From a virus: 64,000 nucleotides of DNA. A program made the translations under genes and the position numbers. The DNA lies in the IMG/VR virus record IMGVR_UViG_3300011013_000008, positions 22,123 through 86,122 of that record; one strand, written 5' to 3'. Shown here one piece after another: positions 48,619 through 57,820 of the stretch. Every line of letters begins with the position of its first letter. Position 1 is the first letter of the stretch. The notes under the pieces are model-generated. The model was not told where the DNA came from. It made no database searches and was given only the letters and a program-made list of their open reading frames with translations.

Positions 48619-51150
48619 TCACTCCGGGATTAAGAATTGGTATTGATTTTGGTAGATACTTTCAACTTCATCAGGTGTTAATCCTTTATTAAAAACCCCT
48701 ACGCATCTAAAATTTCCCGCTGCATTTTCGTTAGCGTTATTACTCAAATAACTCCTAGTTCCAATATTTATAGGCGCTATTTCGTTAAAATCAATATCGT
48801 TTATTGGTGCGCTAGCTGTTGTATATAAGTTTCCATCCCTATAAAATTTTACTTCTCCGCCTATTCTAGTGACTGTAAATTGGTGGTATTTTTCATCAAA
48901 TAATAGGTAGCCAGAATAAGATGGTATATCCCTATAATAAGTTGAACCTTGAGCAGCATAAGCAAATCTTGCTTGGGAGCCTGTACCATTACGGGTAAAG
49001 TTCATAGCCATATATGGTGGTGACCAGCCAGTTTTTCTAGATGGGATACAAAATAAGGGGGCGTATACACCTTGAGTCGCATCCAGCGCCACATCAACAA
49101 CTATAGTTAAATCATTCTTTATGAAATTATAAATATTATTTTCATAAACTTGATAATCACCAAGTGTGCCAAGTCTTAAATGTTTACCTTGCGGTGAAGT
49201 TACTTCAGTAGCTCCAGACTCAGCAATATTCTTTAACCCATCTACTAGATTCTTTGACGTAAGATCAGGATATGCCAAGAACCCAATATTAGCAGCCAAT
49301 GGGTGATCTGGATCAATCATAACATTGCCCGTAGGCTTTCTTCTAGGCTCAAACAATTCAGGCATTTCAAAGCGAGCATCAGGTATAACATAATCGCTTC
49401 CTGAAGCTGGAGTTTGAAACATTCTTAATGGAGATGATGTTGGTTTGAGGAACTGATAGGGATCTTTACATAATGCGCTTACTTCGTCATTAGTTGCTGC
49501 TGTCTTAGATAATATCGTTAAATAGACAGGATCCTCTGGTCCTACTGCCGACACGTGATCACCACCGCATACGGTCGATTTACTGAGGGCATCATCTTGT
49601 ATTATGATAGACCCACTACAGTTATCTGATCGCAATAGGTCAGCGTTGCCACCAATAAGCCCTGCATAAAGATGTCTGCTAGAACCATCCCATGTCATTG
49701 CAATCAGAGCAAATCCATTTTTATATGCCGAAATATCCTGGTCTTGTGCGGCAGTCCAAATATAAGTGCCATTAGTATATATTAATGATCTGATATTTTG
49801 TGTAGATTTCATTCCCGCAAAAGCGATTCCACTACCAGACGCGGTAGTTTGTCTAAAAAACTCATTTTCAGTACCCGCCGAATTTTGGAAATTTCCCAGA
49901 CTAAAATCCACGACGGTTATGATTGTTAATTCATTTGCACCATGAAAACTGAAATCTGTAGGCGCAAACTTGACACCGTTGTCAATATGCTGGGTAGCCT
50001 CTATTTTTAACGCATTTAACGTAGTTTGATTCCCAAGTTGATATTGATAATTATTTAATAGGTCTAGCCGATCAGCCCATGGCCCGATGACCATAGCATC
50101 TTTTTTAAAAATTCTTGATATAGGATGTTCCCAATCAATCTCAACTGCACCAGTAGGCTTACGACCTTCCATCAGGTCGCCATCAAGAAATTTAAAATCA
50201 GGTATTGTATACTGATATCTGTAATGGTTTACATACTGATCAAATCCAATATCCCAGCTTGCGCCTCTTGGGTCGCCTTCAAAGTCAGTGGTAAAATCAG
50301 TGCTTAAATCTATGCCTACACCAATAAGACTTGATATTGATGTAAGTGAAAAATCACCAGCACTAGGGACAACAAAATCTACACCGTCAACAACTGAAAC
50401 ATTATAAGTCCAATTAGTACCTAATGTTTCACTAGCATTAGATGTAGCATTTGAATCAACTACAGCACTAGGATCAGTTACATGATAAGCGTCATTACAA
50501 TTTACAACTACATTATTTTTAATAATTGGGCCAGTACCAGAAATTCCAGTAGCATAAACACCGGACAAAAATCCGTGAATTGTGTTATTGAGTATAAAAG
50601 CTGAATAAGGCGAATTGTTTAGGTAAACAGCATATCCAGCATTACTACGGTCTGAGTAAAATAGATTGTTATAAACTTTAGTGCCAGGAGCGCCACTATA
50701 ATTTATCTGTAGAGCTCTTGGGTTTGAGCCATAACCATAATTAACAAATATACAGTTTCTTACTATACAGTCTGAATTTTGTATAGTAACGCTGACATTA
50801 CCTGACTTAGCCTTATTATCATACTGTACAGCATCTACTAGGCTATATTTAGGTAGCGTCATGTATTGTTTATACGTAGCACCCGAGACTACCTTATATT
50901 TTGATGCATCGAATAATTTTGAACTAGCATCACCAATTAGTTCAAAATTATTAGAGGAACTAGTATTGGTAAATGCCAAGGTTAGTGCTGCAGTTAGCAC
51001 ATCTTCCGCTACACCAGAGCAGTTTAGTGTAGTTTTTCCTGCAATAGATAAATCTGCTTCTACAGTTGTTCCAATAGCAGCATCAAAAGCAGCTATTGAA
51101 GTAAAGTCTGGGCTGCCTACATTATCTGTATTTAATGTATATACTGGCAT
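48619..51150 (-). CDS. beta-helix plus two LamG/concanavalin-like domains, putative adhesin
   Basis: N-terminal VRNCIF/VYNNLF/ILNNTI/IKNNVV repeats and DIGFDQY; two LamG-like units, each starting RKPTG.V.ID..HP. Confidence 0.7.
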   Translation of the reverse strand: MPVYTLNTDNVGSPDFTSIAAFDAAIGTTVEADLSIAGKTTLNCSGVAEDVLTAALTLAFTNTSSSNNFELIGDASSKLFDASKYKVVSGATYKQYMTLPKYSLVDAVQYDNKAKSGNVSVTIQNSDCIVRNCIFVNYGYGSNPRALQINYSGAPGTKVYNNLFYSDRSNAGYAVYLNNSPYSAFILNNTIHGFLSGVYATGISGTGPIIKNNVVVNCNDAYHVTDPSAVVDSNATSNASETLGTNWTYNVSVVDGVDFVVPSAGDFSLTSISSLIGVGIDLSTDFTTDFEGDPRGASWDIGFDQYVNHYRYQYTIPDFKFLDGDLMEGRKPTGAVEIDWEHPISRIFKKDAMVIGPWADRLDLLNNYQYQLGNQTTLNALKIEATQHIDNGVKFAPTDFSFHGANELTIITVVDFSLGNFQNSAGTENEFFRQTTASGSGIAFAGMKSTQNIRSLIYTNGTYIWTAAQDQDISAYKNGFALIAMTWDGSSRHLYAGLIGGNADLLRSDNCSGSIIIQDDALSKSTVCGGDHVSAVGPEDPVYLTILSKTAATNDEVSALCKDPYQFLKPTSSPLRMFQTPASGSDYVIPDARFEMPELFEPRRKPTGNVMIDPDHPLAANIGFLAYPDLTSKNLVDGLKNIAESGATEVTSPQGKHLRLGTLGDYQVYENNIYNFIKNDLTIVVDVALDATQGVYAPLFCIPSRKTGWSPPYMAMNFTRNGTGSQARFAYAAQGSTYYRDIPSYSGYLLFDEKYHQFTVTRIGGEVKFYRDGNLYTTASAPINDIDFNEIAPINIGTRSYLSNNANENAAGNFRCVGVFNKGLTPDEVESIYQNQYQFLIPE

Positions 51151-51151
51151 A

Positions 51152-51454
51152 TTACTGAACCGTGCCCGTTAATCCAGTGGCTTTAACTAATTGTGTATAT
51201 AACGCGCTTTTTAGATCAGCGTATTTACTAGCACTCGTCCCCATTTCAAATTCTGTAATGGCGTCAATAAAGTCTTGCCCTGTTACAGAAAGCATTAAAT
51301 CCTTTACTATAGGGGAAAAAACACCATTAACAAGTATTCCTTTATCGAAGGCAATATGTGCTGTTTGTGTCTCATTATCAACCGCAAAACTATTAATTTC
51401 TAATGTATCAATAGTTTGTGATATTACTTCATTTGTATCTAATATTAATGGCAT
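51152..51454 (-). CDS. hypothetical protein
   Basis: 100 aa, tightly packed on the late strand. Confidence 0.6.
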   Translation of the reverse strand: MPLILDTNEVISQTIDTLEINSFAVDNETQTAHIAFDKGILVNGVFSPIVKDLMLSVTGQDFIDAITEFEMGTSASKYADLKSALYTQLVKATGLTGTVQ

Positions 51455-51455
51455 T

Positions 51456-51806
51456 TTAAACTGCTCCTAATTGTTTTCTATTAACATTACCTGATAAATC
51501 TACACTATGCTTCCTTCTTGCTCGCATTCCAAAATACGATTGTTTTAGCATTGATATACGTAGACGCTTAATAGCGAATAAACTGCGGGGATATTTATCC
51601 CTTAAGGTTAATGGCTCTGATTCTGTCAGATAATCATAATCAGCTTTTGATCCGGCTACCTGTACAACAGCAAATGGGTACTGTAACTCAGCACTACCAA
51701 ATACATGAGAATCCTCTGCTACCATTACAACATCACCAATTTTATAACTTACGCTATCATCGTTGACATTATAATTATCACGCTGGAATACTAATAACTG
51801 AGCCAT
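51456..51806 (-). CDS. hypothetical protein
   Basis: 116 aa, tightly packed. Confidence 0.6.
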   Translation of the reverse strand: MAQLLVFQRDNYNVNDDSVSYKIGDVVMVAEDSHVFGSAELQYPFAVVQVAGSKADYDYLTESEPLTLRDKYPRSLFAIKRLRISMLKQSYFGMRARRKHSVDLSGNVNRKQLGAV

Positions 51807-52225
51807 TATGCTGCCGCGCTATAAGACCTAGCACGTATAAATAATTGGCAAGTAACACTTGATCCTGTAGTATTTTCTAATAAATAAGTATCATTCTTAT
51901 CAATATTGGCTACGCCACTAAGATATATTTGATCAGCCACAGTAGTTAAACTAAAAGACCCTACATACTTACTCTTGTTTGTACCACTAGGAATTTCTGC
52001 TTGATCAACGCCATCTCCGCTTCTACGGTACAAATTGACAGTACCGGCGGCTACTGGAGCAACTGTTACATCTAATTTAAAATCAATTAACGGATAACGG
52101 TCATTAGCAGTACCAACACCAGTTGATACAGTACTTGATTCTACGCTAAAGGCTGTATTCAAAATAGCCGCACTTGCAACAATCGAGGAATACGCACTTT
52201 CTACTTGTATAGTTTCACCACTCAT
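51806..52225 (-). CDS. putative virion protein
   Basis: 139 aa, beta-rich; GAGG RBS. Confidence 0.6.
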   Translation of the reverse strand: MSGETIQVESAYSSIVASAAILNTAFSVESSTVSTGVGTANDRYPLIDFKLDVTVAPVAAGTVNLYRRSGDGVDQAEIPSGTNKSKYVGSFSLTTVADQIYLSGVANIDKNDTYLLENTTGSSVTCQLFIRARSYSAAA

Positions 52226-52227
52226 AA

Positions 52228-52647
52228 TTAAAGTCCTCTAGCTAAATTAACATAATAGGCAGTCACATTGCCCAACCCTAGCTGAGTCGCTCTGCTAACT
52301 GTAGCTGTAGATAAGCTTAAAATATAAGCCTTATCTATTGCATCAAGCAAGCCAGCAATAATCATATCGTCAATAATCTGCACTACGCGCGGTTCAACCC
52401 CAGTCAAATTAAAATCAACACTCTGCATTGATTCTATAACGTCGATAAAGTCTTCCGCACTAACATCAACAGATTTCTTTATAGCGTTCCACTTTCCACT
52501 AATAAGCAGATACGATTTAACATCATGCGTTGATACAGATATCTTCGTAGCAATATTCACTGTATTCAGCAGTGCTGCTGCATCTGCGTCAGTTAACGCC
52601 ACGTACTGAGCATTTAGCAGCTCAGCTTTTAAAATTTCAAAATTCAT
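52228..52647 (-). CDS. hypothetical protein
   Basis: 139 aa; LKAEL...DADAAALLN...SRATQLGLG; AAGG RBS. Confidence 0.65.
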   Translation of the reverse strand: MNFEILKAELLNAQYVALTDADAAALLNTVNIATKISVSTHDVKSYLLISGKWNAIKKSVDVSAEDFIDVIESMQSVDFNLTGVEPRVVQIIDDMIIAGLLDAIDKAYILSLSTATVSRATQLGLGNVTAYYVNLARGL

Positions 52648-52775
52648 AATAATTACCTTTATTGGCTATATTGCCTTGAACTCTAATTGCTCAATGTTGT
52701 ATTATAACAACTAATATGTATCACACAAAAATAAGTATAATGTACTATATCTACATTAGAAATTACACCTAGATT

Positions 52776-53015
52776 TTATTTATTTAGTACTGCATGAGCA
52801 CCTTTTGCTCCAACTTCTGAAGCTGAGTAAACACCAAATGCCCACATAATAGAATTAGTCCAATCACTATAACTTACGGCTGTGGCAACACCTACAATAC
52901 CAAATAGCGATAGTATCCAAGCTAATGTAGCTAAGATTGCAAAGCTAAGGAGGAATTTCCACCGAGTATTTCTTGTAGGTATCTTTTTACTCTCTTGTAT
53001 TTCTGTTTTATCCAT
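52776..53015 (-). CDS. small two-TM membrane protein (holin candidate)
   Basis: Charged N-terminus followed by two hydrophobic helices; GAGG RBS. Confidence 0.55.
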   Translation of the reverse strand: MDKTEIQESKKIPTRNTRWKFLLSFAILATLAWILSLFGIVGVATAVSYSDWTNSIMWAFGVYSASEVGAKGAHAVLNK

Positions 53016-53061
53016 GATTTAAACCTCAAATATAATGCTAATAGTACAGCCAGTAGTGCAC

Positions 53062-53430
53062 CTATTGTACTGTTAGACCCGTTACTGGGGTTGGGTTCGC
53101 TACTGGCACTGTAAAATTTACAGAAGTACTTTGTGCACTTTCAAGTAAATTATTATCTACAGCAGTCATAGCACAACTATAATCACCTGCAGCAAATTGT
53201 CCTACAGGAGCAATATATTCATATGGTGGCATCCCAACATTTTGAATATCTATTGCACTCATGCCGGGGCAGTAAAGTTTGAATGATTTTAAATCTGTAG
53301 CTGGATTTAGAGTACTACCATTAGTATATTCTACTGGTGGAGTCCAAGTAAACTTTGGCTGAAAGGGTAAGTCTGCATAAGCAACATTTATTGCAGATAG
53401 CAGAATTAGTATTTTTATAAAGTTTTTCAT
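53062..53430 (-). CDS. exported FN3-like protein
   Basis: Signal peptide ending AYA; FTWTPP...Y..AMTAVD...ES...P.PVTGL. Confidence 0.65.
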   Translation of the reverse strand: MKNFIKILILLSAINVAYADLPFQPKFTWTPPVEYTNGSTLNPATDLKSFKLYCPGMSAIDIQNVGMPPYEYIAPVGQFAAGDYSCAMTAVDNNLLESAQSTSVNFTVPVANPTPVTGLTVQ

Positions 53431-53431
53431 A

Positions 53432-53977
53432 TTATTTTAACTCTGGGTTAGATATTGCAGTACTATTACTAGCTGCTTTTATCGTAGTATTATCTATTTT
53501 ATCATCTAACTTATTATAATACTGTGTCAATTCTTTTATACGTTTATCAACTTGAGAATATCTAAAATCAATTTCACGTTTAAGTGATTCATCTAAGAAA
53601 TCAATACCTCTAGTATTAGTTTGTACTCTAGAAAATAGTGTTTCTGTATTGCGTAATCTAGTATCATTAGCTTTTGTAGTTTCTTCAACTCTAGAAAGGT
53701 CTCTTACATAACCACTGCCAAACATAGATAGCACAATCAGGCCAACTGCGGCCCAAGAGGCCCATATGGCCATATGCGGTTTATTATCATCACTTTGTCT
53801 TTCAAACTTATGGTATAAATCTTGAAACCCAGAAGAAATACTAGACTTAATTTCAGACATATTCTTTTCAATATGTTCAACCGCTGTTTCTACAGCGACT
53901 AATCTTTCTTCAATTTTACTGTTTGCCATAAAATCCTCAGCTTCTGCACGTCTATGCCTCTCTCGTCTTTCAATCAT
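53432..53977 (-). CDS. single-TM coiled-coil membrane protein (holin candidate)
   Basis: EERLVAVETAVEHI coiled coil, central TM segment, C-terminal coiled coil. Confidence 0.6.
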   Translation of the reverse strand: MIERRERHRRAEAEDFMANSKIEERLVAVETAVEHIEKNMSEIKSSISSGFQDLYHKFERQSDDNKPHMAIWASWAAVGLIVLSMFGSGYVRDLSRVEETTKANDTRLRNTETLFSRVQTNTRGIDFLDESLKREIDFRYSQVDKRIKELTQYYNKLDDKIDNTTIKAASNSTAISNPELK

Positions 53978-53989
53978 ATTAATATCCCT

Positions 53990-54015
53990 AAAAAGAGCTA
54001 AGAATTTCTTAGCTC
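53990..54015 (-). terminator. terminator-like hairpin in a late leader
   Basis: GAGCTAAGA/TCTTAGCTC followed by TTTTT on the - strand. Confidence 0.65.
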
Positions 54016-54039
54016 ATAAATTTTTCATCTATAATAATT

Positions 54040-54068
54040 ATTATACCAAAAATCACTACCCATGTCAA
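54040..54068 (-). promoter_or_regulatory. sigma70 late promoter
   Basis: TTGACA-17-TATAAT with TG extension on the - strand. Confidence 0.85.
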
Positions 54069-54077
54069 GTATTATTT

Positions 54078-54302
54078 TCACTTTCGTAAAAATTTCCACC
54101 CTTTTACGCTTTTGGTTATTCCACGTGAACAGTTGCTGACACTCATTACGCTTACCCCACACGCCGCAGCGGCGGCCGACTGGGTCTTAAACTTAAATTT
54201 TTCTCCACTAGAAATATTTTCTGCAATTATGCTTATACCAGCTTCGCCTTTTCCTTTAGGAGTACTTTCATCACCATCTGTTAAATATCTACGTTTTTTC
54301 AA
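54078..54302 (-). CDS. solo NUMOD1-type HTH protein (homing endonuclease remnant)
   Basis: GEKFKFKTQSAAAAACGVSVMSVSNCSRG...KGWKF. Confidence 0.6.
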   Translation of the reverse strand: MKKRRYLTDGDESTPKGKGEAGISIIAENISSGEKFKFKTQSAAAAACGVSVMSVSNCSRGITKSVKGWKFLRK

Positions 54303-55603
54303 TTTTCAATCCCTCCAATACCATCCATATTAGGAGCATAGCTGTATAATGCGTATCTAAGCGCATCAGAAATATGCGAATACTCATCATGTATTGTATC
54401 TTCTTTAACTCTATTTGGTCGCATATCCCATCTATAGTTCTGTAAAGCAGCTATAGTATGTGTACAAGTAGGGGCTACAAATAATCTATCCCAATCAACT
54501 AGAGAACTAACATAACCAATACCATCAAGTTTTGACTTATTAGCTTTTGTACAGGTTATATCATAATCGTAAGCTAAATCCGCGCGCGTTTGGGCCGCCG
54601 ATGAGTCAATGTAGACAAAGTCGGCATCATATTTATCAACTAGACGTTTTATCTCGGCGGCATGTACGGAAGTAGCTTTGCCAACTGCGAGATATTCGTC
54701 AACTACATACGCTGTATGCCCGTCTGTCAAAATTACCACAAGGGCCGTCGCGTCGCGAAATCCCATATCTAGACCACAGATAACCTCCCAATCAGGATCA
54801 GTTTCTACTACTCTAATATTATCTTTATTAAATTCCCAAACTAGACCTTGATTGACTGTGAATGAGCAGTAGTATTCTTGTTCAAATTCTGCTTTTGACA
54901 TTCCATGCCTAGCATCTTCAATATCTTCTAATTGCGCTCTAGGATTATCTTCTACAGTTGATTTTATTGAAGCCCATCCAGCCCATGCAGATTCTACGCT
55001 AAAGCCACGCATATAAAAATCATGAAACCAGTTCATTCCACGTGGTGTACTGATAAATATGGCCTTACTATTAACTTTGTCCAATGTAGGTCTCAACTGG
55101 ACATTAAATATATCTTGTCCAAATTTATCCAGCGCACATTCATCGAATAAAATTAAATCATAAGAGCGACCTACAACAGAGTCTGCCTGTGAAATACTAC
55201 CAATTCTAATGCTAGAGCCATTTTCTAGTTCCATGACTCTATCTTTAGCATTCATCTTAGTAACTTCGATACCAAACTTAAGTATGATTCGCTTTTGCTC
55301 ATCCCATGAAATACTTGCTAGAGAATAATTCGGTGCCATGACTAAAACTACAGAACCTGGGATTAGGGTTACTGCATGTGCGATTATATTTGCGATGAAA
55401 GTTTTTCCTGTTCTTCTAGAAAGAGCTCCTACTACAAATCTGTACTTTGGATCATTTATAGCATTTATTAAAGCTATCTGTGGGGCTATAGGTTCAATAT
55501 CATGTATTTTAAGGATATTTTGAATGGGTAATTTTAAAAATCTCTTATCTAGAGGAAAGTCTGTAATCTCTGTACTAGATATATCATCTCTGCTTATTTG
55601 CAT
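54299..55603 (-). CDS. terL: terminase large subunit
   Basis: SRRTGKT, VGRSYDLILFDE, ISTPRG, FEQEY, GLDMGFRD, HISDALRY. Confidence 0.95.
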   Translation of the reverse strand: MQISRDDISSTEITDFPLDKRFLKLPIQNILKIHDIEPIAPQIALINAINDPKYRFVVGALSRRTGKTFIANIIAHAVTLIPGSVVLVMAPNYSLASISWDEQKRIILKFGIEVTKMNAKDRVMELENGSSIRIGSISQADSVVGRSYDLILFDECALDKFGQDIFNVQLRPTLDKVNSKAIFISTPRGMNWFHDFYMRGFSVESAWAGWASIKSTVEDNPRAQLEDIEDARHGMSKAEFEQEYYCSFTVNQGLVWEFNKDNIRVVETDPDWEVICGLDMGFRDATALVVILTDGHTAYVVDEYLAVGKATSVHAAEIKRLVDKYDADFVYIDSSAAQTRADLAYDYDITCTKANKSKLDGIGYVSSLVDWDRLFVAPTCTHTIAALQNYRWDMRPNRVKEDTIHDEYSHISDALRYALYSYAPNMDGIGGIEN

Positions 55604-56079
55604 TATATTATGTCCTTATCTGTCTCTAATATCTTTTGCATTAGAGCGGTGTAATTATCACCACCCATTTGCACTGGCATATTAATTTGTTGGTTTTTAA
55701 CACTAGCAGCACTTTCTTTTTCTAGCTTTAAGTAGTCCATGCGCATTTGATGCTGGAAGCGTAGTATCTCTAGGATATCTTTATTACTTCCTAGGCCGGT
55801 TTCGTTCATCTCTTCGAGTTTCATATTAATAACATCAGTCATTACGTCATTAAGTCGGTCGCGTTGCATGAAGCCCTGTTGTAAAAAAATTGCATCAATA
55901 TATCGCTTAACTTCTTTTTTATCTAGGATAGTAACAACCTCATCTTGGCCTATACCTAGCGCTTTGGCAGTACTAGCAATATCTAAATGTTTAACATATT
56001 CAGTTGCTACTTCGAAAATTTCGGGGCTAATCTTATAATCTTGTAGAGGATTATCACTCTGGTTAATAATTTCATTCAT
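55603..56079 (-). CDS. terS: terminase small subunit
   Basis: ISPE..EVA..Y...EVKRYIDAIF..QGF...KLEEM.E...GSNKDI; ATG at 56079 preferred because the GTG at 56094 overlaps the -10 box. Confidence 0.85.
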   Translation of the reverse strand: MNEIINQSDNPLQDYKISPEIFEVATEYVKHLDIASTAKALGIGQDEVVTILDKKEVKRYIDAIFLQQGFMQRDRLNDVMTDVINMKLEEMNETGLGSNKDILEILRFQHQMRMDYLKLEKESAASVKNQQINMPVQMGGDNYTALMQKILETDKDII

Positions 56080-56085
56080 ACTTCT

Positions 56086-56114
56086 ATTATACACGTTTAA
56101 CTCGCGCGTGTCAA
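56086..56114 (-). promoter_or_regulatory. sigma70 promoter of terS-terL
   Basis: TTGACA-17-TATAAT on the - strand. Confidence 0.85.
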
Positions 56115-56171
56115 GAAATTTTTTTCGAGGTGTTAAAGTTGGGGCATTTTAACGTGTGGGGCGATCTTGTG

Positions 56172-56441
56172 AAATAGGCTGATAACTGCATCTACACCTA
56201 GTTTAACTCCAAAATTCTTGTATGGTACACGTATGCGAGACAAAAAGGTCATAAAATAGTCTGATAACTGCATCCACGCCTAGTTTAACTCCAAAATTCT
56301 TGTATGGTACACGTATGGGAGACAAAAAAGGTCATAAAATAGTCTGATAACTGCATCCACGCTTAGTTTAACTCCAAAATTCTTGTATGGTACACGTATG
56401 GATGGGCTGGGGGCAAAAGAGGTATAAAATAGTCTAATAAC
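56172..56441. repeat. 82-83 bp tandem repeat, three copies (third diverging at its end) plus a partial fourth
   Basis: Unit AAATAGTCTGATAACTGCATC...GTATGGTACACGTATG starting at 56172, 56254, 56337 and partially 56427. Confidence 0.9.
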
Positions 56442-56442
56442 C

Positions 56443-56475
56443 GCCCTGCCCATAAGTTTATTTTATGGGCAGGGC
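56443..56475 (-). terminator. GC-rich hairpin after the - strand pre-early genes
   Basis: GCCCTGCCCATAA...TTATGGGCAGGGC. Confidence 0.7.
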
Positions 56476-56482
56476 CGGGAAG

Positions 56483-56728
56483 CTAAAATATCTCGCGGAT
56501 TACATCCTGAAGAAATTCGATCTCACGAAAATTCAATATAAAATCTCGATCTGTTAAGGTTTGCAGGATAACAGATAGAGAACCACACGCCTGCAATTTT
56601 GCGTTAGGCGTTTTCCCTCCCAGATTATTTATTGACCAGTGCAGATGCTCAAAAATAACTTGATACGCCGTGTCCAGATTAAAACTGACTACTGTATCAG
56701 GAACATATTTTGCTGTAGCTTTCATCAC
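56483..56728 (-). CDS. hypothetical pre-early protein
   Basis: 81 aa, GGAGG RBS. Confidence 0.65.
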   Translation of the reverse strand: MMKATAKYVPDTVVSFNLDTAYQVIFEHLHWSINNLGGKTPNAKLQACGSLSVILQTLTDRDFILNFREIEFLQDVIREIF

Positions 56729-57063
56729 TTAATACCTCCATTAACAGGGTAAATAAAATTAAGTAATTCTAAATGCAGATCACGGTCGGGGAAGTCGCCA
56801 GCGTTGCGGATAAATACTTGGCTTTGACTGGTTATTATTCTATCGTCATCAAGTGTAAGACTGAAGACAATCCCAGCTTTATTGATGCTGTAATAGTCGC
56901 CCTGATAGGTAAACATAAGGGCGTTACGACTTTTGTGATAGCGTTTTCCTGCGCTTTGCTCCGGATCACAACAAGGCAAGTCACCTAAAAACTCAAAATC
57001 TGCAATCTTTGCGTCTTTGCCAAAGGCAAGCTTCAAGCCTGTAACTAAATTAGAATTTTTCAT
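56725..57063 (-). CDS. hypothetical pre-early protein
   Basis: 112 aa, AGGAG RBS. Confidence 0.7.
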   Translation of the reverse strand: MKNSNLVTGLKLAFGKDAKIADFEFLGDLPCCDPEQSAGKRYHKSRNALMFTYQGDYYSINKAGIVFSLTLDDDRIITSQSQVFIRNAGDFPDRDLHLELLNFIYPVNGGIK

Positions 57064-57690
57064 AATGTTATACTCCTACGATTGATAAAGCTGAAATTAA
57101 AACTTGATAGCCAACATAAACTAGCAAGCCCGTATAAATTGTGCGAAAGTCCAACAAAAATTTTAAAATGTGTTTCATTTTTTCGCCCTCTGGTTCGCCT
57201 GTTTGATAGCCTCGCGGCTATACTCTATAGCCAAGTTCGGATTGTCACGGATAAAAAATCTAGCATCTTTTAAAGCGTTAAAAGATGTTATGACCTGTTT
57301 TGTTTTAGCATGAATAATTGTGTACATTTTAGATTGCCTCGTTTTTTAATTTAAAAGAAAGTTTAGCGGTCAGATTATCCCGCTTGCCTATTTTATAGCT
57401 AATCCTGCTAATATCCAGACCGCCGCCAATTATGCGCCCGCGTTGCGCTCGACTATGCCCAATATTAGCGGCCTCCCTCGTCAAATTCATTCCACAACCA
57501 TAAAGATACAGGACTGGGCGAGTATTGCAAGAGATTATTGAAAATAAATTGAAAATAATTTGTTCCACAGGTAGCGGACAGGAAAAAAGTGTCATATCCC
57601 TCAGGCCTTCTATATGCCCGTTTAAGCGATTTTATGATACCACCTTATACTGCTATCAGTTCGCCGAGATAATGGAAATTTGAGTTTTCA

Positions 57691-57731
57691 ATATCCCAAA
57701 AGAGATATAGGTATATCCCAAAAGAGATATA
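57691..57731. repeat. 19-bp direct repeat, two copies (22-bp period)
   Basis: ATATCCCAAAAGAGATATA at 57691 and 57713. Confidence 0.9.
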
Positions 57732-57820
57732 TTAGTTTTACTAATAGGTGTATAAATAAATTTTATGACTTAAGGTCATAAGTAAATTTTATAGGGATAT
57801 AAATATAACTAATTAGAAAG

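Noticed and set aside
56172-56441. Possible CRISPR array
   Set aside because: Whole units repeat with no unique spacers, and there are no cas genes.
57082-57595. ORFs 57082-57273 (+) and 57329-57595 (-)
   Set aside because: No RBS, atypical composition, and they lie in a regulatory tract.
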